Shown piece after piece: positions 18,469 through 27,827 of a stretch of 64,000 nucleotides of DNA. Every line of letters starts with the position of its first letter. The first letter of the stretch is position 1. The notes under the pieces were generated by a model. That model was not told the DNA's origin. It worked only from the letters and a program-made list of their open reading frames with translations, and made no database searches. Both the position numbers and the translations under genes were made by a program. Origin of the DNA: an uncultured Candidatus Saccharibacteria bacterium (lineage in GTDB: Bacteria > Patescibacteriota > Saccharimonadia > Saccharimonadales > JAGPDM01); NCBI GenBank assembly GCA_964622235.1, contig CAZUNB010000001.1, forward strand, positions 9,360 through 73,359, read 5' to 3'.

Positions 18469-18708
18469 TCAGACAATTGGTCGACGCCAGAGACCAATCC
18501 CGAAATTTTTCCCAGCACACAGACTTGGTCCAATAAAATAGCGCTGAGGATTCATTTGTAACAAATTCCGAATACGGGGTGATTTTTGACATTCCTCTCT
18601 ACTTACCCCATACATTGACTCAATACAAACACAGCCTTGTTCTTTCAATTGTTTAATTACAACCTTGGCATCATTTTCAACCGTACTGATGGTAGCTGTT
18701 GCAGACAT
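18469..18708 (-). CDS. Hypothetical small protein
   Basis: 79-aa ORF upstream of, and on the same strand as, the purM-like gene. No motif recognised, so it may not be a real gene. Confidence 0.3.
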   Translation of the reverse strand: MSATATISTVENDAKVVIKQLKEQGCVCIESMYGVSREECQKSPRIRNLLQMNPQRYFIGPSLCAGKNFGIGLWRRPIV

Positions 18709-18816
18709 CTGCTTCTCCTTACTTAACTAGTTCTGGTACTATATCGCAGAAGAATACAAAAATGAAAAATATATAAGAAAACGTCAAATACATATAGTTT
18801 ATGTTATATTTATAAC

Positions 18817-19476
18817 ATGATCAGTGTTTCCCAAGCTTTGGAAGACGTTCTTGAACGCTCGCCTAACCTCAAAGGTTCTCTGATTGGTGGTATCTTGAAC
18901 GTGACAGCCTTAGCCCGCAGGATACAGCCAGAACTCGTCGCTAGCCTACAGAAACCTGTCAGTGTCGCTAGTATTGTTATGGCTCTGAATCGGCTAGAGA
19001 AGAAGCACAAGGACTATAATATGGCCGATGTGCGCGATTATATCGGTGATATGACAATCAAAAGTTTAGTTACAGTAGCGAAATTCCCAAACAGTAAATA
19101 CAGCCTAAATATTTCCGCAAACATTATGCAAGAAGCCCAGGATATCGGTGCATACCTTTCGTTAGTGAAGGGCGTTCGAGAAACGACCATTATAACCGAC
19201 CCAATGATGCGTTCGATGATCGATGATCAGCTTGCAACGATTGAAGACAAGCATTTTATCGAAGGTCTGGGTGCATTAATGATTCGACTAATTGGAAAAC
19301 ACCATAGAACTCCAGGAATTTTTCAGTTTATGGTGCAATTACTAGCATGGCGCGGAATTTCAATTGTTGAGATGCTTTATATCGAAGAAGACGTGGTCTT
19401 AATCGTCGATCAAACAGAGGTAGATAAAGCTTTTGAAGCCTTACGTCGTGCTAGCCAGAGCAAAGTCAACTATTGA
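18817..19476 (+). CDS. Hypothetical protein
   Basis: 219-aa ORF directly upstream of the HIT gene and on the same strand. Soluble with mixed alpha/beta character. No family recognised. Confidence 0.4.
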   Translation: MISVSQALEDVLERSPNLKGSLIGGILNVTALARRIQPELVASLQKPVSVASIVMALNRLEKKHKDYNMADVRDYIGDMTIKSLVTVAKFPNSKYSLNISANIMQEAQDIGAYLSLVKGVRETTIITDPMMRSMIDDQLATIEDKHFIEGLGALMIRLIGKHHRTPGIFQFMVQLLAWRGISIVEMLYIEEDVVLIVDQTEVDKAFEALRRASQSKVNY

Positions 19477-19511
19477 AGTTAACCAATATAATCGTTAGGC
19501 TATAAAGTGAT

Positions 19512-19901
19512 ATGGCAACAATTTTTGAAAAAATAATTGCACGTGAAATCCTAGCACAGATTGTTTACGAAGACGAGAGAACTATCGCATTCCTCGACAT
19601 AGCTCCGGTGAGCCGCGGCCACACACTGGTCGTACCAAAGACAGTTGTTGATCAGATTGATGATCTATCAGAAAATGATTATCAGAACCTCATGCTCGTC
19701 AGCCGAAGAATTGCTCGTAATTTGCGAGTAAAACTAGCTCCATTGCGAATTGGCCGTTTAGTGTACGGCCTCGACGTTCCACACGTCCATATTCATTTGA
19801 TTCCACTTTATACTGGAAAAGAGATGCAACTTGAGAACAAGGGAGAGCCTGTCGAGAGCACCGAACTTTTAGCAACGCTTCAAGAGGTAAAAATCTCGTA
19901 G
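19512..19901 (+). CDS. HIT-family (histidine triad) nucleotide hydrolase
   Basis: N-terminal IFxKII motif and the histidine triad HVHIHLIP. Confidence 0.8.
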   Translation: MATIFEKIIAREILAQIVYEDERTIAFLDIAPVSRGHTLVVPKTVVDQIDDLSENDYQNLMLVSRRIARNLRVKLAPLRIGRLVYGLDVPHVHIHLIPLYTGKEMQLENKGEPVESTELLATLQEVKIS

Positions 19902-20073
19902 GATTAATATTCTTCCGTCATTTTAAATCTATCCCAACTTTGGCAGCAAGCTCAAAGAAAAACTAGATTTTATTATTATAAAAACTCATAAGAAAGTTAG
20001 ACCAGATTATATAAGTCTGATTTTATACTATTTGATAGAAGGTTTTGATTAAGGATGGAGTCGTCAAGAAGCC

Positions 20074-22713
20074 TTATTCTTCAATTTTAACTAAACTGCC
20101 TTCGATAGATTCAATTTGCTTAGTAAGACGTTCAATCTGGGTGACTAGCTCAGCTAACTGAGTGCGGCTCTCTTCTATTAGTTGTGGTGGCGCCTTCTCT
20201 AAGTATTTCTTGTTCTCAAGTCTAATAGCGATATTTTTGTGCTGTTTGCTAATCTCCGACTTTTTCGTAATTAGACCAAAAAGATACTGTTTCGTCACAC
20301 CAGTCGCAACATCGAGCCAACAGTTGATATCAGTCGATACTAAATGAAGTCCATGACCATCTCGAACTTCTACGACATCAGAGACCAGGGTCATACCAAT
20401 AACAACATCTTTATACTCATCCAGAAACCGACTACCTTTATGATAAAGAGTATTATCTTCGAGCTGCAACTCACTGCGAAGGTTGCGAATTTCGGAAACA
20501 ATATTTATGATTTGTTCAAAACCACTAGCAGCTTGCTGATCAAAATTAACTGGAGCAACTGGCCACTGACTTGAAATTAGCAACTTGTCAGCTTGAGCTT
20601 GATTAAGGTAGCTCCACAAAGTTTCGGTCACAAAAGGCGCTAGTGGATGTGCAAGTTGTAGTACTTGACGGAAAACAGCAATTAACAGAGGTGGATTTGA
20701 TTGTATCTTGCTAACCTCAACATACCAGTCAGCCAAATCATCCCACAAAAACCGATATAATTCTGCGCCAGCATCACTCAGTCTATGGTTCTCGAATGAT
20801 GCGGTAATAAGTTCAGTTGTTTGTGCTAGTTTATGCAAAATCCAGTGATCTGCTGAAGACTGAGCAACTGCCACAGTTTGATAATCCTCACGCTGAGCCT
20901 TATTAGCGATGTAGCGTCCGACATTCCAAAGCTTGTTGCAGAAATTACGATAGCCAGCAATCTTCTCTTCATAAAGTCGACTATCGTTACCAGGTGTTTG
21001 CCCAATCAACATTGACAAACGCAGCGCATCAGCACCAAACTTATCAATCATCTCAATCGGATCAATCGTACCCTTTGGGTTACTTTTACTCATTTTTTTG
21101 CCATCGCGACTACGCACTAAGCCATGGAAGTAAACTGTTTTGAACGGTACTTGGCCTGTAGCATAGGTTGTCATCAATATCATCCTAGCGACCCAGAAAA
21201 AGATAATGTCGTAGCCAGTTTCAAGCAAAGTCGCTGGGTGAAACCGCTGGTAGTCGGGGCTTTTCTCGAGTAATTCTTGCAAGCTAACGTCTGGGTTGCG
21301 AGCTAGATCTTTGTCAAGCAAGGTTGCAAACGTCCATAGCCCTGAACTGAACCACGTATCGAGAGTATCCTCGTCTTGATGCCAATTCTCAGGGTCGTCC
21401 GGACCGCTAACTGAAACATGCGTCTCGCCGCCCTTGTACCACACAGGAATTCTGTGGCCCCACCAAATCTGGCGACTAATGCACCAGTCGTGCAGGTTAT
21501 CAATCCAGTTGTAATACGTTTTATCCATCCGCTCAGGCAATAGAGCAATTTCTTTTTCTGCAACTACAGCTTTCATGACTTGTTTCAAGCTCATCAACTT
21601 GTCATTCCATTTGACGACCTCTTTATTGACATCGACCCACCACTGGTTCATGATCTGTGGCTCGATAATACCTTTGCCACGTTCATTCAGACTAAGGTTA
21701 TGGACATAGTCGCTTTTAGTTTCAAGTAATAATCCCATATCACTGAGTTTTTGAACGATTTGTGGCCGTGCTTCTTCGATGCGCATGCCTGCAAATTCTT
21801 TAGCTATTGGTAAAAGCTTGCCAGTTTCGTCGATAATTTGCTGTTTATCGAGGTTGTGCCTCTCGGCAATCTCGAAATCGGTGGCATCATGCCACGGGGT
21901 GATAGTCATAGCACCGGTACCGAACTCAGGATCAGCTGCTTTGTCTTTGATCACCGTACCGGTTATTGGACCGTTAAGCCACTCCAGCTCAAAGGTTTGC
22001 CCATGTTCAAACTGTTTATAGCGCTCATCATCTGGATGAACTACTACATATTTATCGCCAAATTTCGTCTCTGGCCGAGCCGTACTTATCTGGAATGGAC
22101 CGTATTGAAGTGTATAAAGATTAGTCGTTTCTTCGCGTCTTTCGACTTCATCGTCTGATACAGTTGTCTGGAGATTTGGGTCCCAGTTAACGATTCGGTT
22201 CCCGCGGTAGATTAAGCCATCATTAAACATCTGAACAAAGACATCGTTAACCACTCGATTCATCTCTGGCTCCATAGTGTAGCGCTCACGACTCCAGTCA
22301 ACAGATGAGCCCATAGCCCTTATTTGGTTTCGAATTTGGTCACGACTTGACTCGACGAAGCTTTGAATTTCCTCGAGAAGTTTTTCACGGCCGAGCTGCT
22401 CGCGCGGGTTTACAATACCTCGCTCCTCGATCAGTTTCTTAATAACCACACTTTCAGTAGCAATAGCGGCGTGATCGGTACCTGGTAGCCAGAGTGCTGC
22501 CTTGCCATTCATCCGGGCATAGCGGGTGAATGCGTCTTGAACAGCAGCACCGATACTATGGCCAACGTGTAGCACGCCGGTAGCATTGGGTGGTGGAAGC
22601 GGGATATAGAAGGTCTCGGCACCATCTCCAGGTTGAAAGGCACCAGATTCTTCCCAGCGGCGGTAAATATCTTCTTCATACTGGGCAGGATTATAGGTTT
22701 TTGGTAAATTCAT
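20074..22713 (-). CDS. valS: Valine--tRNA ligase
   Basis: Class I HIGH motif (LHVGHSIGA), KMSKS motif (KKMSKSNPKG), the ValRS-specific DWCISRQIWWGHRIP segment, and a C-terminal coiled-coil. Length is 879 aa. Confidence 0.9.
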   Translation of the reverse strand: MNLPKTYNPAQYEEDIYRRWEESGAFQPGDGAETFYIPLPPPNATGVLHVGHSIGAAVQDAFTRYARMNGKAALWLPGTDHAAIATESVVIKKLIEERGIVNPREQLGREKLLEEIQSFVESSRDQIRNQIRAMGSSVDWSRERYTMEPEMNRVVNDVFVQMFNDGLIYRGNRIVNWDPNLQTTVSDDEVERREETTNLYTLQYGPFQISTARPETKFGDKYVVVHPDDERYKQFEHGQTFELEWLNGPITGTVIKDKAADPEFGTGAMTITPWHDATDFEIAERHNLDKQQIIDETGKLLPIAKEFAGMRIEEARPQIVQKLSDMGLLLETKSDYVHNLSLNERGKGIIEPQIMNQWWVDVNKEVVKWNDKLMSLKQVMKAVVAEKEIALLPERMDKTYYNWIDNLHDWCISRQIWWGHRIPVWYKGGETHVSVSGPDDPENWHQDEDTLDTWFSSGLWTFATLLDKDLARNPDVSLQELLEKSPDYQRFHPATLLETGYDIIFFWVARMILMTTYATGQVPFKTVYFHGLVRSRDGKKMSKSNPKGTIDPIEMIDKFGADALRLSMLIGQTPGNDSRLYEEKIAGYRNFCNKLWNVGRYIANKAQREDYQTVAVAQSSADHWILHKLAQTTELITASFENHRLSDAGAELYRFLWDDLADWYVEVSKIQSNPPLLIAVFRQVLQLAHPLAPFVTETLWSYLNQAQADKLLISSQWPVAPVNFDQQAASGFEQIINIVSEIRNLRSELQLEDNTLYHKGSRFLDEYKDVVIGMTLVSDVVEVRDGHGLHLVSTDINCWLDVATGVTKQYLFGLITKKSEISKQHKNIAIRLENKKYLEKAPPQLIEESRTQLAELVTQIERLTKQIESIEGSLVKIEE

Positions 22714-22938
22714 GATTATTAGACCTCAGACTTGTCAAACTGACATAATTATATTAAAAGAAATTATAAATCAAAAAACTTCACGTGAATTGATTTTTCC
22801 GTGATTCTTGCATCCCACAACTGTTATTTATTTGAACAAAACTTGAACAAATAGTTTCTAACATTTTTGTTTTCATGTGCAATTATACCCGACGATTCAC
22901 TAAATTACCAGAAACGTGTTCGGAGCCTACTCAGGTGT

Positions 22939-24021
22939 TTATAATGCCCAATTTGGTTTAATAATTATCGAATCCTCTGAGGTGGGTGAAATATTTAACG
23001 ATAAAGCAGCGGCGGCGATCATAGCCGCGTTGTCAGTGCAATAATGAGGATCGATGAACTGTACGCTGGTGGAAATATTTCGCATCATTTCTTCTCTCAG
23101 TAGCTTATTTGCAGCAACACCACCACCGATAATTACGCTCTTTGGTTTAAATTCCTTTTCTGCTTTTTGCATTTTTCTGATCAATATTTTAATGGCTGTC
23201 ATTTGAAAGCTAGCAGCCATATCGTTAATTTGTTGTTGGTTAAGTCTTGTCGCTAACTGGTAGCTTGGAAATGTATAATCTTCCCCGATGGCTTTTTGTA
23301 GTAGTCGCAGAACGGCAGTTTTTAATCCAGAAAAGCTAAAGTCATATGGAGTATCAACTTTTGGAATTGGCAACTTGAAAGTGTCAGAATTACCGTGCTC
23401 TGCGGCTTTTGTTATTGAAGGACCGCCCGGATAAGCAAGCCCTAGCATCTTGGCAACTTTATCAAAAGCCTCACCAACAGCATCATCTCGGGTTTGTCCC
23501 AGTAGCTTAAAATTATCTACCGACTGAAACAACATAATATTGCTATGGCCACCACTAACAACGAGTGCCAAACAAGGAAACTCTGGTGGTTTTCCTTCCT
23601 TCAGCCACTGCGCTGAGGCGTGACCGATAATATGATGAACCGGAATGATAGGCTTATCGATTACCGTGGCCAGCGTTCTGGCGCTCAGTGTACCCATCAA
23701 CAAGCTACCAGACAAACCAGGTCCTTTTGTAACCGCAATTGCGTCGATTTTCCGCCAAACAGGGTGCTGAGAGTCAAGCAACTCGAGAAGGGATTTATTT
23801 GTTGGTTCATCTGGAAAGGCTTTGTGTAGACTCTCGGCAATTGTGGGTAAAATTGCTTCAAGGTGGGAACGGGAAGCTATCTCTGGAACAACACCACCAT
23901 ACTGTTTCTGAATATCTATCTGACTCGAAACAGCCGAGCTAAGCACTGTTGGCAGCGAATCATCACGTACAACCGCTGCAGCAGTATCGTCACAACTAGT
24001 CTCTATACCTAAAATCGTCAT
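22939..24021 (-). CDS. tsaD: tRNA N6-adenosine threonylcarbamoyltransferase TsaD (Kae1/Gcp family); start set at MTILGIETSCDD
   Basis: MTILGIETSCDDTAAAVV N-terminus, the HxxGH metal-binding motif (HHIIGHA), and the GGVAAN segment. The 23 codons upstream in the ORF track look like a non-coding extension. Confidence 0.85.
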   Translation of the reverse strand: MTILGIETSCDDTAAAVVRDDSLPTVLSSAVSSQIDIQKQYGGVVPEIASRSHLEAILPTIAESLHKAFPDEPTNKSLLELLDSQHPVWRKIDAIAVTKGPGLSGSLLMGTLSARTLATVIDKPIIPVHHIIGHASAQWLKEGKPPEFPCLALVVSGGHSNIMLFQSVDNFKLLGQTRDDAVGEAFDKVAKMLGLAYPGGPSITKAAEHGNSDTFKLPIPKVDTPYDFSFSGLKTAVLRLLQKAIGEDYTFPSYQLATRLNQQQINDMAASFQMTAIKILIRKMQKAEKEFKPKSVIIGGGVAANKLLREEMMRNISTSVQFIDPHYCTDNAAMIAAAALSLNISPTSEDSIIIKPNWAL

Positions 24022-24063
24022 TGATGATAGTATAACCGATGGAAGATTAAACAAGGAAAAACT

Positions 24064-24381
24064 ATGGATCCATCTCAACAACAGCCACAACTTTCAGCAG
24101 AGCAAGTGCAGAGCCAACAACTAGGATTGATTATAAGTGAGTTGGCACAGCTCAAACAAATATCTACAGCAATCTGGGGCAAGGTCGATAGTGAGATTGA
24201 TCAGATCCGGGCTGACCTTTCTCGGGTGAGTAGCGAAGTCAACCAACTTGGAACTGGCATTCGAAATGTCGAAGTTAAACTCCGTGAAACTGATGGACAA
24301 ATCGACCGCATCGAACGTTTCGAGACAATGCTTCGAAATATCGAGAAGCAAATCAACAATGTCTACTCTAAAATCCGTTAG
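24064..24381 (+). CDS. Hypothetical small coiled-coil protein
   Basis: 105 aa with a Gln-rich start and heptad-like hydrophobic spacing throughout. Confidence 0.35.
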   Translation: MDPSQQQPQLSAEQVQSQQLGLIISELAQLKQISTAIWGKVDSEIDQIRADLSRVSSEVNQLGTGIRNVEVKLRETDGQIDRIERFETMLRNIEKQINNVYSKIR

Positions 24382-25394
24382 CGCCGAAGCCTCTTATAGA
24401 AATTAAAGACCGAATACGATGGTCTGTCAAAAACCATATCTAGCATAGGATTATGCACTTTAATCTCACCGCCGAAGCCTTGCTTATACTTGGTAACTTT
24501 TTTAATAGTTGGGTAATCATCATCTGATGAACTAGCGCCGCCAATACTGTAATATTTAAGGTCCCTGCGCATGGCCTCTCTCATTGACTCCCACTGTACA
24601 AAGCTTGGCACTCGGAGCTTACGACCTTCGTCGTCTGTTCCTGAGAGGAGGGAGTGGGCGATTGGGCCGTAACTAACAATTAACTTACTACTGATTACCT
24701 TATCCTCTTTGCGAGCTTCGACAAGATAGGCATGCTTGAGCTTATCTGAAATATCGAACAAATTCTGATAATAATCCTTTTTAAAAATCGCAAAACCTTG
24801 TTTCTGTGCGGTAAATTCGAGTAACCGAAAAAAATCATCCAAGCCGGATTTTATATCTGGCTGGATGCTAACTTCAACGCCTTTTTTTGCGCCGTAACGA
24901 ACTGAATAGCGGGTGTTTTTATCAAAACGTGCAAACACCTCATCTTCATTGCTCAAAGGAACGATCATCTCACCACGCGGTCGAAAAGAAGCTTCGGATG
25001 TTACAAACTTTGGTACATCGCGCCAACCACCATCACTCATCATTGAGAAATCGCCATCAACGTCTAGGCGTGAAAAAACAACTTTTCTTTGACTGTTCTT
25101 TGCGTAAAATTCTTTCAGTTTTTTACTGATAAAATTTTGTTGCTGTCTATTTGGAGCTTGTTTAAAAACTTGACAGAAAGGAATATACAGTTAGCTTCGT
25201 CTAGATGGCAGAGGGTGAGATATTGCTTGAAAACAACTCAAGACCTCATCATCTTCACGGAAAACAAACCGATGAACTTCAGATTTATACGACTGCCACT
25301 GCCCATAAAACCAGGCCTGGGTAAACATAGTGCGATCATAAATTTCAAGAGGTCGATAGTCCTGTTCGTTTGTAATTTCATCGAGATAATACAT
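24378..25394 (-). pseudogene. FemAB-family (peptidoglycan interpeptide-bridge aminoacyltransferase) paralogue interrupted by one in-frame TAA
   Basis: The 67-aa ORF at 25191-25394 and the 221-aa ORF at 24378-25043 are in the same frame. They are separated only by a TAA at 25191-25193 (...PSRRS*LYIPFCQVFK...). The combined length is about 339 codons. Fem-like motifs include QAWFYGQW and SYGPIAHSLLSGTDDEGRKLRVPSFVQWESMREAMRRDLKYYSIGG. Confidence 0.55.
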
Positions 25395-25437
25395 CGAATG
25401 AATACTAGCAAAAAAACCATGCTACTGATAGTCAGCA

Positions 25438-26484
25438 GTGATTTATGGCATACTAAAGCGCATGAGCTCGACACAGACAATTGATCAAATCGGTAAGGAA
25501 GATTGGAATCAGTTTGTCGCATCTACGGATAACGGCTCAATTCACCAGACAACTATGTGGGCAGACTTTCAAAAAACTTTAAAAAACCGCGGCGAAGTTA
25601 TTGGGGTTGGCTTATTAAAAAATGACAAAGTAGTCGCAACAGCATTGGCGGTTCGGATGCAAACGCGGCTGCCTAACCTATATTGGTACTACTGTGCGCG
25701 TGGGCCAGTCTATACCAGTACAGATGAAGGTAGTGAGATTTTAGCAGCACTTGAAAAAACTGTAGCTCAAAAGAGAGGAGCGTTCCTGCGCTATGACCCC
25801 TATGTTCTGAGCGATGACGAGTTTGATTACAAGACCAGTAAAACCCAGATTGCTGACAAACAAAACTTTCACCCACTCGACAGCTTACTGCTCGATATTT
25901 CACCACCAACAAACGAGATCTTTGCAAGCATGAAGAAAAGAACCAGGTACAACATTCGCATGTCAGAAAAACACGGAGTCACGGTAAAAAGCTACGATGG
26001 TGAAAGCGCTCAGCCAAAACAAATTGATAGTTTCTATAAGCTACTAACCAGAACTGCTGATCGTGATAATTTCACTTCACACAGTAAAAGTTATTATGCT
26101 AATTTTATGAGCTCACTTGGCGCTAATGCGCAGCTATTTATCGCATCACTTGATGATCAGCCAATTGCAGCTAGCATCTTAACGACTTTCGGTGATACTG
26201 CAATCTACTATTTTGCAGCTTCGTCTGATAAGCCTGAACATCGTAAGATTATGCCGAATTATTTACTTCAAGCCGAAATGATACGACACGCAAAAATGAA
26301 GAATTGCACAGACTATGACCTATTTGGCATTGCGCCGGAGAATGAGCCAAATCATAAATATGCTGGCATTGGTCACTTTAAAATGATGTTTGGTGGTCGG
26401 CGAGTCAAGTATCAAGCAGGCAAAGATATCATACTAAGCAAAGCTAAAACTAAGCTGTACTGGGCTGCAAAGCGTATACTGTAA
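25438..26484 (+). CDS. FemAB-family aminoacyltransferase (FemX/MurM-like, peptidoglycan bridge formation)
   Basis: 348 aa. QTTMWADFQK N-terminal motif, AIYYFAASSDKPEHRKIMPNYLLQAEMIRHAKMKNCTDYDLFGI core (compare YYGGSDDEYRNLMPNYLLHWEAI...YDFGG). Transcribed divergently from the interrupted paralogue. Confidence 0.75.
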   Translation: MIYGILKRMSSTQTIDQIGKEDWNQFVASTDNGSIHQTTMWADFQKTLKNRGEVIGVGLLKNDKVVATALAVRMQTRLPNLYWYYCARGPVYTSTDEGSEILAALEKTVAQKRGAFLRYDPYVLSDDEFDYKTSKTQIADKQNFHPLDSLLLDISPPTNEIFASMKKRTRYNIRMSEKHGVTVKSYDGESAQPKQIDSFYKLLTRTADRDNFTSHSKSYYANFMSSLGANAQLFIASLDDQPIAASILTTFGDTAIYYFAASSDKPEHRKIMPNYLLQAEMIRHAKMKNCTDYDLFGIAPENEPNHKYAGIGHFKMMFGGRRVKYQAGKDIILSKAKTKLYWAAKRIL

Positions 26485-26486
26485 CT

Positions 26487-27794
26487 ATGGAAAGTCTGAA
26501 GAAAAACTTAAAAAAAGTACTACCAAGATCGCTCATCCAGCTCCTGGTCAATCCTTTTCACTTGCTTGAGGCAATAGTTGCAACGATTGTCTATGGTTAT
26601 CCAGCACGAAATCTTGAATTTATAGGTATTACCGGAACTAAAGGAAAAACAACCACTGCAAATATGCTGTCAGAGATTCTAGTTAAAGCCGGCCATAAAG
26701 TGGGGCTGAATTCAACGGCAGTTTTGCGTGTCGATGATGAGGTTTGGGAGAATGACCTCGGCTTAACTACTGCTAACGCCTTTAAACTACAAAAACTTCT
26801 CGCCAGAATGAAAAGAAGCCATTGCGATATTGTAGTTATGGAGGTCAGTAGCCATGCCCTAATTCAACATCGAGTGCTTGGGCTACGGTTTGACACTGTA
26901 GTTTGGACGAATCTTCAGCGGGACCACCTCGACTACCACCACACGATGGAGAAATACGCCAAAGCTAAGGCAAAGCTATTCTCAAAAAACCCGCGACTTG
27001 CTGTAATGAATGCTGATGATTCCTGGGTTGACTACTTTTCTTCAAAACGAGCTGACTCTCAATTATTCTTCGGGTTAGAGCCCGGTAAAGATTCGACAAT
27101 CGTTAAAGCCAAGCTCGGTGCCAGTGGCAGTGCTGCCACCCTAAGAATCGCCGAGCATGAACTAGATATAAGACTTAATTTGCCAGGCAAATTTAATGTT
27201 ATCAATGCTCTGGCAGCCGCCACAACCGCTTATGGAATGGGAGTCAGCCTAGAACACATCAAAGCGGGTATAGAGGCCGTCAAAGCTGTCCCCGGACGCA
27301 TGGAGGTCATCGATGAAGGGCAGGACGCAACGGTGATCGTAGATTTCGCCCACACTGAAGAAAGTCTACGAAATGTGTTAGAAACTATTCGCACAACGCT
27401 GCAAGGACGTTTAATCACTGTACTAGGAGGAGATGGGCAGCGTGATGCCGGCAAAAGAACACCGCTTGGCGAAGTTACAGCGGAGCTTAGTGAGATGGTG
27501 GTCGTTTGCGACCAGGAGCCGTATGATGATGATCCAGATGAGATCCGTGAGCACATATTAGCCGGCGTCAAAAAAGCCCAGACAAAGAAACCCGGCGTTA
27601 TCTACAAGACAATTTTAAATCGTCGTGAAGCGATCCGAGAAGCGCTCAAGTATGGCAAAAAAGGCGACGTTATCGTTGTGACTGGTCTCGGCTGTCAGCC
27701 ATATAGGCAAATGGCTGGCGGTAAGATTGATTGGGACGAACGAAAAGTCGTGCGTGAAGAGCTCCAGAAACTGCAAAAGACGAGAGATAAATAA
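26487..27794 (+). CDS. murE: Mur ligase family protein, MurE-like (UDP-MurNAc-L-Ala-D-Glu:diamino acid ligase) with short N-terminal domain
   Basis: GITGTKGKTTT P-loop at residue about 48, MEVSSHAL, the DHLDYH motif and KAKLF. Only about 35 aa precede the P-loop where MurE normally has about 100. Starts 3 nt after the Fem gene. Confidence 0.7.
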   Translation: MESLKKNLKKVLPRSLIQLLVNPFHLLEAIVATIVYGYPARNLEFIGITGTKGKTTTANMLSEILVKAGHKVGLNSTAVLRVDDEVWENDLGLTTANAFKLQKLLARMKRSHCDIVVMEVSSHALIQHRVLGLRFDTVVWTNLQRDHLDYHHTMEKYAKAKAKLFSKNPRLAVMNADDSWVDYFSSKRADSQLFFGLEPGKDSTIVKAKLGASGSAATLRIAEHELDIRLNLPGKFNVINALAAATTAYGMGVSLEHIKAGIEAVKAVPGRMEVIDEGQDATVIVDFAHTEESLRNVLETIRTTLQGRLITVLGGDGQRDAGKRTPLGEVTAELSEMVVVCDQEPYDDDPDEIREHILAGVKKAQTKKPGVIYKTILNRREAIREALKYGKKGDVIVVTGLGCQPYRQMAGGKIDWDERKVVREELQKLQKTRDK

Positions 27795-27827
27795 CAGCTC
27801 AGCCGATGAGAGGCCGGTGGCGAGAGT

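Noticed and set aside
22714-22938. Possible T-box riboswitch leader upstream of valS
   Set aside because: The about 170-nt leader between a TATAAT-like element and the valS ATG lacks the conserved T-box sequence (AATTAGGGTGGNACCGCG) and a recognisable specifier or antiterminator arrangement.
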